A DNA stretch of 64,000 nt from an uncultured Planctomycetaceae bacterium. Lineage in GTDB: Bacteria > Planctomycetota > Planctomycetia > Planctomycetales > Planctomycetaceae. A model generated the notes under the pieces. It did not search any database. It worked only from the letters and a program-made list of their open reading frames with translations, and was not told the origin of the DNA. Both the position numbers and the translations under genes were made by a program. The DNA lies in assembly GCA_963813715.1 (NCBI GenBank), contig CAWFAK010000005.1:704001-768000 (forward strand). The letters run 5' to 3'. Shown here in pieces: positions 10,125 to 19,602 of the stretch (positions are counted from its first letter, which is position 1; every line of letters begins with the position of its first letter).

Positions 10125-12605
10125 TCAGTGTTTGCCGGCGACTGCCAGCGGTTCTGCGGCGGCGGTAGTCGTGTGGGCCCCCAACAGCGGTCCCAGAGGG
10201 CCGAAGAAGCCTTTGTTCAGCAGAATCAAGTAGGCGGGGACGAGGATCGGTCGCACGACGAACGTATCCAACAGCACGCCGAACGCCAGGGCGAAGCCGA
10301 GCTGGGCCAGTCCCCAGAGGGTGCCGAACATCAGCGAGCTGAACGTGCCCGCCATGATGATGCCGCAGCTCGAGATGATTCCACCCGTTTTGTGCAGGCC
10401 GGTGATGATGCCCGCGACGGCACCGTGGGCCTTCTGCTCTTCTTCGATGCGGGCCATGAGCAGAATGTTGTAGTCTTCGCCGACCGCCACCAGGATCGTG
10501 AACAGGAACATCGGCACCTTCCAATCGAGGCCGTTGAACCCGTGCGGATCGATGAGATAGAAGACCGTGAACGTGACGCCCAGCGTCACCAGGTAACTGA
10601 AGAGGACGGTCACAATCAGATAGGCCGACGTGGCGATCTTCCGGAGCAGGACCACGAGAATCAAAAACACGACGGCGGGGACCAGAACAATCATCCGCCA
10701 CTGGTCGCCGTTGGTGACGGTCTTGAGATCGCGGAGGCTGGGCGTGCCTCCCAGGTAATCGAGCTTGGTGTTTTCGGTGTCGAGCAGGGGAGGGAGCAGG
10801 TCGTCGCTCTTGCCGCGGCTGGCCAAAGTCGCTTTGAGATGATCGAAGCCGGACATGCTTTGCGGCGCGAACGGATCGTAGGCCAGCACGACGTCGACCC
10901 GGGCGACCTGGCCCGTGTAACCGTCCTTATCGCTCACGTAGCGGGATTGAGCGCGCTTCATCAGCGCGCGATGCTGGAAGCGGTTGGTTTGCACGCGCTC
11001 CCCCATCCCGAGCGGAAAGGCGACCGAGCGGACGTCGTCGATCCCCAGCTTGTCTTTGTTGGCAAGCAGCGTTTCCGAAAAAGTCTGGATCTGCTGCCAC
11101 CCGGGCTTCTTGTCGTTTTCCTCCGAATCGGTGCGGAAGTCGGCATCGCGATTATTGACCAGAATCGTGATCGGACCGGTGATTCCGGGCGGAAAGTGAG
11201 CCTGCACGTCGGCCGCCCCCACCACGCAGGCGTCGGTCTTCGGCAGCTCGGACAGCAGCCCGTAGCTCAGCTTGTCCTGGCAGAGGACGGCGATGACGGC
11301 GAACGGGGTCATCAACAGCACGGCGGTGACGAAGATCGTCCCCGGCCGCTTGAGCAGCGCCTCGCCAATGTTCCCCCAGAAGTTGCCGAACCAGTCTTTT
11401 TGCAGGAGCCGCGACACCATGCTGGTGGGCGACACCCAGCCTTGCGCGGCCGACAGACGCGCGGTCTGCACGCTCGGCCAAAATGCCCAGCGGCCGACGA
11501 GCATCAAGAGGGCCGGCGTCATCGTGAGCGATGCGGCCAGCACGAAGATCAAGCTCGACGACATGGCGATGCCGGCGTCCTGAAACTTCCCGAAACGACA
11601 GAAGATCATCATGCCGATGCCGAGCATCACCGTGCCTGCGCTGGCCGCCAGCGCGTGCCCGACCTTGCTCACCGAAGTCGCGATGGCCTCCTCGAAGGTA
11701 GCGCCGTTGTCGAGTTCTTCCTTGTAGCGGGCCATCAGGAACATGCAGTAGTCGATGCCCGCCCCGTAGAGCACGACGGTGACATACACTTCGATTCCGG
11801 CAAACAGCGTGACGTATCCCTTGCCGGCCAGAATGCAGAGGAGGTGCATCGCGATCTCGACCGACACAAACACCGTGAGCAGCGGGATCACCGCCAGGAT
11901 CGGCGCGCGATAGATGGCCAACAGCAGGATGATGACCAACACGACCGTCGCCATCTGGGTCGCCTCGGCACTCTTTTGGGCGGCGTGCCGCATGTCGCGG
12001 CCGACCGTGGCCAATCCGCTGAGCGAGAGTTCCAGTCCGCGCGGGAAACCTTTTTCCTGCTGCAACTGGCCCGGCTGTCCGGGCCGACCGATCGTTTGTT
12101 CGATCTTGTTGATCAGCGGATCGTTTTTGCGCTCGGTGAACTCGGTCTTCAGCTCCATGATCACCAGCGTCGCCTTCTGATCGTCGCTGATCAAAAGCGG
12201 GCCGATGTCTTTGTCGGAGAACGTGCGGATATCGGCGACGATGGAATCGCTGTCGCGTGCGTTTTTGGAAGAGTCCGGCATTCCGGCAAGCTGCGCAAGT
12301 TTGGGCACAAGCTTGTCGTCGATGAACGACTTGTCATCGTCCGTGAGGCCTTCGGCAGAATTCTCGCGATGCGCCACGACGACGATGCTGCTCTTGAGCA
12401 AGTCGCTCTCGAAGGCGCTCTTGAAGAGCTTCTCCGCTTGAACGCTCGGCAGTTCCCGCGGCAGAAACTGGAAATCGCCGTCCTGGAGAACGCTTTTGAG
12501 AGGGGGCGCGATGATCCACAAGCCCGCCAGCGCGAGAATCCAGCCCACCAGCAGCGGACGCCAATGGCGCGAGACGAATCGGCCCAGGCTGTCGAAAAAA
12601 ATCAT
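10125..12605 (-). CDS. MMPL (RND superfamily) transporter
   Basis: Two repeats of TM + soluble loop + TM block; GAGIDYCMFLMARYKEE, AVGEDYNILLMARIEEE, TGGIISSCGIIMAGTF and LLDTFVVRPILVPA. Confidence 0.9.
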   Translation of the reverse strand: MIFFDSLGRFVSRHWRPLLVGWILALAGLWIIAPPLKSVLQDGDFQFLPRELPSVQAEKLFKSAFESDLLKSSIVVVAHRENSAEGLTDDDKSFIDDKLVPKLAQLAGMPDSSKNARDSDSIVADIRTFSDKDIGPLLISDDQKATLVIMELKTEFTERKNDPLINKIEQTIGRPGQPGQLQQEKGFPRGLELSLSGLATVGRDMRHAAQKSAEATQMATVVLVIILLLAIYRAPILAVIPLLTVFVSVEIAMHLLCILAGKGYVTLFAGIEVYVTVVLYGAGIDYCMFLMARYKEELDNGATFEEAIATSVSKVGHALAASAGTVMLGIGMMIFCRFGKFQDAGIAMSSSLIFVLAASLTMTPALLMLVGRWAFWPSVQTARLSAAQGWVSPTSMVSRLLQKDWFGNFWGNIGEALLKRPGTIFVTAVLLMTPFAVIAVLCQDKLSYGLLSELPKTDACVVGAADVQAHFPPGITGPITILVNNRDADFRTDSEENDKKPGWQQIQTFSETLLANKDKLGIDDVRSVAFPLGMGERVQTNRFQHRALMKRAQSRYVSDKDGYTGQVARVDVVLAYDPFAPQSMSGFDHLKATLASRGKSDDLLPPLLDTENTKLDYLGGTPSLRDLKTVTNGDQWRMIVLVPAVVFLILVVLLRKIATSAYLIVTVLFSYLVTLGVTFTVFYLIDPHGFNGLDWKVPMFLFTILVAVGEDYNILLMARIEEEQKAHGAVAGIITGLHKTGGIISSCGIIMAGTFSSLMFGTLWGLAQLGFALAFGVLLDTFVVRPILVPAYLILLNKGFFGPLGPLLGAHTTTAAAEPLAVAGKH

Positions 12606-12969
12606 CGCTTGCCGTTTTTCCGCAGGAACGCCGGCGTGAGGAAAGAGCGCGGCCCAACACGTTGCCCAATTTCCCCGCGCCCCGCGGGCGCTCTCGCACA
12701 CGACTCACCGGTGTTTCTCGATGCGAACGTGCGTTTGCAAATCGCAGGCCGCCGAGTGGCGAAAAAGCCGATGTGAAACGTCCTCTCGGCTTGCAAACCG
12801 GTTTTGGGCAGCGGCCAAACTGAAACGACAGCACAAACGTGGAGGTCGCCCGGCGAATTGTGCAATCCTTGCGTTCCACCGCCACGGTCCAGGCTGGTCG
12901 CAACACTAGGCTAATGACGCCGTTAGAGATCGTCAAGAAATGCGAACAGGCGGGAGACGACTCGCGCCG

Positions 12970-13977
12970 TCAAGGCGCGAGCGCGTGTTGGACGGCCGTC
13001 CGCATCTTTTGCAGGCCAGTCCTCGCGACGAGATGGGCGTCCTGCCGCCAGTAATCGCGGTTGAAGACTTCGAGCGAGAGGAAGCCGTTGAAACCGTTTT
13101 CGTGCAGCGTGCGGAGCATCAGACCCAGCGGCGCCACGCCGTCGCCGGGGAAGACCCGATCCCCGTCGGAGATCTCCGACCGCGGGGGCCGAGCCGGGTA
13201 GTCGTTCATGTGCACGACCGGCAGCACGCGGCCGCTCAAAAACCGCAGGTCGTGGAAATCGGAGCCCCCTTTGTAGATGTGGAACACGTCCAGGAGCAGG
13301 CAGGCCTGCGGATGGCCGCTTTGGATGGCGATCATCGCGGCTTCGCTCACGTGAGAGAAGACCTTGGAGAACCCCCACAGTTCCAGCTCGGGCACGATGC
13401 CGAGCGACACGCCCAATTCGACGAGCGTCCGATAGCGCTCGGCGGCGGCCGACAGGCTGATCCGCTCATTGTCGCGAGTGCCGGCCGGCGGCGCGGCGAT
13501 CCGCGTGGCTCCGATGCGTCGGGCCAGATCCATTTCCCGCTTGGCCTGCTCCAGACCGCGGGCCCGCTGGTTGGCATCCTCGACGATCCAGGGGAAGAAG
13601 GCGATCGCGCTGGGGACTTCCAATCCGCGATCGCGAAGCTGCCGCGCCAGCTCTTCGGGCGATCGGCCTTTGTCCGCGGACTCCTTCACGTCGCTCACCC
13701 AGGGTTCGATCGCCTGGTAGCCGGCGTCGGCCGCGACCTCGATTTGCTGCGGCAACGACAGTTTTTGTCCGCGGATGGTGGCCACGTTCAGGCAATAGCG
13801 AAAGCCGTGGTCGCCGGCGGCCGCGCCGGCTGGACCGCCGGGCCTTCGTTGCGGTTGGGCCGCCCAGAGCGCGTGCCCGCCGGAGGCGGCAGCCGCCGTC
13901 GCGCCGGCGCTCAGCGTGAGCCAACGACGGCGGGTGAGCGCCGCATTGTCGGAGGACGAAGAGGACACCGGTGACAT
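12970..13977 (-). CDS. Tat-exported sugar phosphate isomerase/epimerase (xylose-isomerase-like TIM barrel)
   Basis: Twin-arginine signal LTRRRWL...AAAA; motifs GYQAIEPW, ELELWG, LLDVFH, VHMND, RVFPGDG and LSLEVF. Confidence 0.85.
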   Translation of the reverse strand: MSPVSSSSSDNAALTRRRWLTLSAGATAAAASGGHALWAAQPQRRPGGPAGAAAGDHGFRYCLNVATIRGQKLSLPQQIEVAADAGYQAIEPWVSDVKESADKGRSPEELARQLRDRGLEVPSAIAFFPWIVEDANQRARGLEQAKREMDLARRIGATRIAAPPAGTRDNERISLSAAAERYRTLVELGVSLGIVPELELWGFSKVFSHVSEAAMIAIQSGHPQACLLLDVFHIYKGGSDFHDLRFLSGRVLPVVHMNDYPARPPRSEISDGDRVFPGDGVAPLGLMLRTLHENGFNGFLSLEVFNRDYWRQDAHLVARTGLQKMRTAVQHALAP

Positions 13978-14172
13978 CGAAACTCCAGAACGAAACTCGC
14001 GCGGCTCGACACGGGCCGCGGCGTTGGCGCGCAGCTCCCCGACCATTCCGGCCATCTTCCCAGGAGGTTGGAGCGTTTCCAACCGACTTCGCCAATCGAA
14101 GGATCGATAGGTCAGTCAGGGTTAGAGGAATTCCCGTCGACCACAAGAGCGGGCCGGCGTTAGAATGGCGGG

Positions 14173-14412
14173 ATGAGACGCGGAGGCGGGAAAACGCTTT
14201 GGAAGGGCCTAGTCACCCGGGTGGCGATCCTCGCGCTCGTGGTGTTCGTGTTGCAGGTTTTGAAGATGCTGGCCGGGCCGCCGAATGTGCGCGTCCAGCC
14301 GCGCAAGCCGGCCGTCCAACCGCAGAATGCTCCGGCTCCGATGCGGCCCGGTTTCGACCGCGACCTGACTAAGACCGGGTCGGCGACACCGACGGGCTTG
14401 CCGCGGACGTAG
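14173..14412 (+). CDS. small single-TM hypothetical protein, possibly leaderless
   Basis: Hydrophobic stretch VAILALVVFVLQVL; TAGAAT at 14161-14166 just before the ATG; 3' end overlaps the convergent gene. Confidence 0.45.
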   Translation: MRRGGGKTLWKGLVTRVAILALVVFVLQVLKMLAGPPNVRVQPRKPAVQPQNAPAPMRPGFDRDLTKTGSATPTGLPRT

Positions 14413-16248
14413 ACGACGGGACGTCCGATTTCGCTGCGGAACCGCCGGCTGAGGCGGTGCGAGTCGACTCTTTATGTGACGCCGCTTCCGGCTGTCCCAA
14501 TTTGTGGCGGAGCACTTCGATCCCCGCGGCCTTGAACTGCAGCTGGGCGCCAGCCGACACGCGGCCCAGCGTGGCCAGTTTTGTCGGCACCGCCGTGAAC
14601 GAGCTGCGGTAGGCGGCGATCATCTGCACCGTGCGCGGCGTATCGACCAGGTAATCGGCGGCCGTAATGATGATCTGCGATCCGTCGTCGAGCGTCAGCA
14701 CGGGGACGCCGATGAAGATGGCCCGCACCAACGGCTGCGTGTGGCGAAGGTCGACGATCAGCTGCAGCTCGCGAATCGAGGCCAGGGCTTCGCACTCGTT
14801 GTGCGTGTCGGCCGCGCCGTCGACCAGCGAGGCCAGGTTCTCGATGCCGATCAACATCTTCAGGTAGTAGACGAAGGCCATCCGTTGCGTCGTCGTGTAG
14901 CTCTGCGAGGCGAAGAACCGCGTGCGGCTGGCTTCGGGAACGCCCAGGTCGATCAGGTCCCGGTCGAGGTCAGCCTGGATTTCGAGCGTCGAGCGGTGCT
15001 CCATCATCTTCTTGAATTCGGTGTTGGCCGGCAGAAAGCCGAGGCCGGGCAGCCCGAAGTTGAGACCGACTTCCACGGTCAGCCAGCCGCCGCCGGCGTT
15101 GATCGACATTTCGTCGAGCAGGCAGCTGAGGGGCTCGTTGCGCGTTTCCGGATCGCAGCCCACCAGGCACGCCAGCCGTCGCCGCGGTTCGCAGTTCGCT
15201 TTGCAGCCGCCGGGCATCTTTTTGGCGAGGGCCCAACGCTTGAGCGCCTGGGCCGTCCGCTTGACCGAGCCGATCGGGTCGGTGGCGAAGATGTAGGCTC
15301 CCTGCGGTGTGTGGCAGATCGCCTCGGCGAATCCCTCCGAGAACATCGGATTCTTGTCGGCGATGCGTGACGCGTATTCGAGTGCGCACAACTCGCGGAG
15401 GCGGACGTCGAGCATGGCCATGCCGTGGGCGGGAATCGTCCCCCAGGGCGTTTCGATCTCGAAGCGAAAGTTGTAATCGACGAGCGGCGTGTATTCGGCA
15501 AGGCGGTAGTACTTGCCGCGGAGCAGATCCGGACGCACGATGTCGCGCGTGCGATACACGAGCGACGCCGGAATCGGCTTCAGGGCTTCGTCGGCGACCT
15601 TCGCGTCTTTCCCGGGCTCTGGGCTCTTCTCTTTTTCGTCCGACATCCGCAAGCGTGGCGGACCGGGGTTCGGCGGCGGCCCGGAGCCATCGGGGACGGG
15701 CGTGGGCGAATCGGGCAGCGGAGTGCCGTCCGGGTTGAGCACGGGAGAATCGGGGAACGCTGATCCGCCCGGCCCAGGACCGAAACCCGGACCAGCACCG
15801 GGGAATGGCATTGCTGGTGCCGTCGGATTGGTGCTGGTCGGATTGCCACTGGGTGGCGATCCCGGGACTTGAGGCACCGGCAGCAGCGGAATCACTGGGG
15901 GCGCGGACGAGTTCGTTGGTGCCGCGGGGAATGGTGTCGTCGGCACGGGGGTCATCGGCAACGGCGGAGTGGAAATCATCCGCATCGACGGGCCGCCCGG
16001 CGCCGGTGGGCCGAGTTGGGGGCTGTCAGTCGGGCGTCAGTCTGTGGGACGCCGGGGAGCGGTGGCAGCGCCGCGGGAACGCTGAGCACAGGACCGGCGG
16101 GTGCTGGCAGTGCCGACGCAGGGGCGGGAGGCGGACCGAGGATCGGTTCTTCGTCTGCCGAAAGCGTCGCAGCCGAGAGCGCAACGGCACTCAACACCGT
16201 CGTCCAGAGCGGCTTGGAGAGCGCAGCCCGCAGCGTCCCGCGTGTCAT
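14369..16248 (-). CDS. secreted hypothetical protein with long Pro-rich N-terminal region (indels at about 15990-16040)
   Basis: Signal peptide (...LSAVALSAATLSA-DEEP) in ORF 15976..16290 continues into Pro-rich and then globular sequence in ORF 14369..15985. Confidence 0.7.
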
Positions 16249-16510
16249 TCGCAGCGAATCCTTTCGCTTGCCGTCCGTGCGTTTCGGCACGTCGTCGATC
16301 GGATCGATGGCTCACGCCGATAACCTCTCGACGACGGACTGGCTCTATCGGTATCGGTCGTAAGAATTCGCGGAATGCGAGTGGTTGCGGTTGGACGGCG
16401 GGTCGCACGCGCGCGGCGCCAGCCCGTTTCCGTCTGGGCAAGGTCGGCGGGAGCTAAGGCCGGGCGCGGCCGGAATTCGCACGCGGGGAGCGCGTGAAGC
16501 TGGGAGGGGT

Positions 16511-17555
16511 TTACTTCCAGTAAACCTGCACGACCCAAACAATGACGAAGATTGGGACGAAAAAGCTCAAGAGAAACTGGTCGAAGGGGAAGCTGTTGAA
16601 GATCGAGCTGCCCGACCCCCAGGGAATGAGCCGCCCCTTGAGGATGAACTGATCGATCATCACCGAGCCGACGGCGCCCCAGCACATGATGATGTAGCCC
16701 ATCTGCGTCCGCTCGTGCTGTTCTTCGGGTGACAGCTTATCGAAGCGGACCCGCCTTTTCTGCCCCTTGGTCCGCGCCTGGGATGCCGATCGCTTTTTGC
16801 TCACTTCTTCCGCCGCCGACTCGTCCCGCGCCGGGGGCGTAGTACTTGGCGATGCCCTGGTTGATGGCCAGGGGCGTGGCGATCACGGGTCGCATCGGCA
16901 CATCGAACCGCAGGCGGATCTCGTCTTCCAGCTCTTGGTCGGGCTCGTTGACGCAGGCGACCAGCAGCGTTTCATCGTCGAGGAAAAGCGGCAGAATCGA
17001 GTGCCGCTTGACCGTGGCGCGGGGCACTTTGTCGAGCACCGAGTCGTCCGGAGTGACGTCGGCCAGATCGATATAAGAGCGGCCGAGTTCTTCCGCCAGC
17101 GCCTGGGCGGCCGTGTTCGCGTCGGTGAGCTTCATCTGCACGACTGCGTCACGCAAGGTCAGGCCGCGGGCCTCGGCGAATTCTTCGGCTTGCTTGACCT
17201 GCACGTCCGTCAGCACGCCGCGATCTTCCAAGATACGGCCCAGCGTCCGCGGACCGGAGGAGCCCCCTTCGTCTTTGAAGACTCGCCCGAGACTTTCGTC
17301 GTACTCGCGCTTGGCGGCCGGATCGGTGAGGCAGAGCATGGCCTTGGCCAGCTCGTTGAGCAGCTCTTGCGAGCGGACCGAGTACTGTCCCGAGGCGTAT
17401 TTCCGAACGTGCCCGTTGAGCTTTTTGTAGTTGCCGCGGATCTTGTCAGTGCTGTCTTCGAACTTAACGAGCCGCAGCAACTCGTAATGGTTGGGGGGCC
17501 GCGGTCCGTCGGGGATCCCCAGCCATTCCTTATAGACGTCGAGAGTCGTCGTCAT
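16511..17555 (-). CDS. membrane-anchored protein: N-terminal J-domain-like module lacking HPD + MshEN/T2SSE_N-like domain + two C-terminal TM helices (joined across indel at about 16830)
   Basis: NHYELL...KIRGNYKKL...ELLNELAKAMLCLTDPAAKREYD aligns by eye to J-domain helices I-IV. LGRILEDRGVLT...YIDL...VPRATVKRHSILPL...LVAC...MRPVIAT resembles the GspE/PilB N-terminal domain. ORF 16511..16804 supplies the TM tail. Confidence 0.75.
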
Positions 17556-17615
17556 AGGTGAGCCCACGCAGCGTTGGCCACGGGCGAAACTGCGGCGAGG
17601 GATCCATCCTTGGGG

Positions 17616-19193
17616 CTATTCGACGTGATAGTCTCGCGCGATCGCTTGGAACGAATCCACACCTTTGGCGTCCAATCCCTGGCTGCGGATGATCTCGATG
17701 TTGGCGGCTTTCTTTCCGGTCAGGTCGACCGCCGTGCACTGGATGCGGCCGCTGTTGTCGTAGCTGTAGGTCACGTCGACCGGTGAGCCGGCCGGCAGCC
17801 CCGCAGGCAGGCCGACGATCTGAAACTCGGCAATCTGCGTGCAGGCTTCCGGATCGGCGACTTCGCCCTCGAGCACGTAGACGTGCACGCGCTGCTGGTT
17901 AGGCGTCGTGGTGACGAACCGTTGCGTCGCCTCGTAGGGGATGGCCGTATTCCGCGGAATCATAATGTGATTGCTCTTGCGGCTCGGATTCATCGGGTCG
18001 GTGATCTTGACCCCCAGCGAGTGCGAATTGACGTCCGTCGTGTTGACCGAACGCAGCCGGTCGACCACGGCCTTGCCCAGTCGGCCGCGGCCGCCCGTTT
18101 CCTTCGCTTCGAGGATGGCGGCGTGAATGGCAGCCCCCTGGGCGACGGCTTCCTCGGGGATCAGGTCCCGCGAGGGCGAACGCTTGCACACTTCTTTGAG
18201 CATTTGCTCGACGACGGGCATGTAGGTCGAGCCGCCCGCCATGATCACGTCGTCCAGCTCGCGCGGGTCGACCTTCGCCTGTTGCAGCACGAGTTCGCTC
18301 GTGTCCTTGGTCCGCTGCAGGAGGTCGGCCGTCATCCGCTCGAAGTCGCTGCGGGTCATGGAGACGGTGAGGGTCTTGCCTTTGTAATACAGGCTGATCG
18401 GCACCTGAGACCGCTGGCTCAGCTGCCGCTTGGCGTCTTCGCACTCCTGGATGAAGGACCGCAGGGTCTCGGGGTTTTCGCGGGGATCCTCAGCGAACTT
18501 GCGTTTGAACTGCTCGCAGACGTGGTCGACGATCCGCTGCGTCCAGTCCAAACCGCCCAGCATGACGTCGCCGTCGGTGGCCAGCACGCGGAAGTTCGTG
18601 GGCGTATAGCGGACGACCGTCACGTCGAACGTGCCGCCCCCCAGGTCATACACCAGGATGGTCTTTTCCTTGGCTTTGAGGTCGCCGCGCCCGAGTTCTC
18701 CCTTGGTCCAGGCGTAAGCAAGGGTAGCGGCCGTCGGCTCATTCAGGATGTCGACGACGTTCAGACCGGCGATCTGGCCGGCATCCTGCGTCGCCTTTCG
18801 GCGAATATCGTTGAAGTAATACGGGACGGTGATCACGGCGTTGGCGATCGCTCCAATCCGCTTTTCGCAGTCCTGCTTGAGCTTCTTCATGATCAAAGCG
18901 GAGATAAATTCGGGCGTCAGCCGCTTGTTCTGGTAGACGATGTAAAAGTCCTTGTTCCCCATCTGCCGCTTGATGGCCTCGACGATGTGGGACGGATCTT
19001 CGATCGAAATTCGTTCAAACGAAGGGCCGACAAGCACATGGCCGTCCTCTCCCAGGAGCACCACCGAGGGCGTAATTGGCTTGTCGTCCGCGTTGTGGAT
19101 CGTCACCGGCTGGCCCTCGACATTGACTTGGGCCAGTGCCGAATACGTGGTCCCCAGGTCGATGCCGATCGTGTTGCCTTCGAGGAACGCCAT
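17616..19193 (-). CDS. atypical Hsp70-family protein (DnaK paralog, no C-terminal lid)
   Basis: GIDLGTTYS, AVITVPYYF, NEPTAA, VYDLGGGTFDVT, LGGLDW, GGSTYMP and AVAQGAAI; about 525 aa, ending shortly after the substrate-binding beta domain. Confidence 0.92.
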   Translation of the reverse strand: MAFLEGNTIGIDLGTTYSALAQVNVEGQPVTIHNADDKPITPSVVLLGEDGHVLVGPSFERISIEDPSHIVEAIKRQMGNKDFYIVYQNKRLTPEFISALIMKKLKQDCEKRIGAIANAVITVPYYFNDIRRKATQDAGQIAGLNVVDILNEPTAATLAYAWTKGELGRGDLKAKEKTILVYDLGGGTFDVTVVRYTPTNFRVLATDGDVMLGGLDWTQRIVDHVCEQFKRKFAEDPRENPETLRSFIQECEDAKRQLSQRSQVPISLYYKGKTLTVSMTRSDFERMTADLLQRTKDTSELVLQQAKVDPRELDDVIMAGGSTYMPVVEQMLKEVCKRSPSRDLIPEEAVAQGAAIHAAILEAKETGGRGRLGKAVVDRLRSVNTTDVNSHSLGVKITDPMNPSRKSNHIMIPRNTAIPYEATQRFVTTTPNQQRVHVYVLEGEVADPEACTQIAEFQIVGLPAGLPAGSPVDVTYSYDNSGRIQCTAVDLTGKKAANIEIIRSQGLDAKGVDSFQAIARDYHVE

Positions 19194-19602
19194 GATTGAT
19201 TGTGCTTTCAAGAGGGAAGCGACGGGAATATGTCTGATTCTGACAGTGGCCTAGAGTGGAATCAAGCGCCTGATCAGGGCGGAGGCCGAACCCCGCGGCG
19301 TACGTTAACTGCGGCCGAAATTGGCTGCGAACGGCCAATCCGCGAGGCGTTTCTCGTGTCGCGAACCTCCGCGAACGTCTGGCCGTCGAGTTCGCGCCGT
19401 GCGGCCGTCACCGATCGAGTGGTCGCTCCACCAAGGTGTACTTTCCGCTCGGACGAGCGCTATAATGAATGTCCCACCACTGTAGCGCCGCCGCGCCGGA
19501 GTTGGAACGGACGTTCAGGTTGCGCGGTCCCGCCACGCTGCAAATTACTGCTCAAGTGCTTTTCGACGTTTGCGCTTCAGCGCTGGTGATGAGACTTCCG
19601 CG

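Noticed and set aside
10128..12776. Long antisense ORFs (882 aa here; also 5552..7258, 17883..19199, 22006..23607, 40653..41930)
   Set aside because: Shadow frames of real genes caused by high-GC codon bias; no recognisable motifs.
16737..17567. Type II secretion ATPase gspE or a secretion locus
   Set aside because: Only the N-terminal domain is present; no Walker motifs and no other gsp/pil genes nearby.
17616..19193. Calling the Hsp70 dnaK
   Set aside because: Too short, no lid, altered linker and no grpE/dnaJ/hrcA context; it is a paralog.
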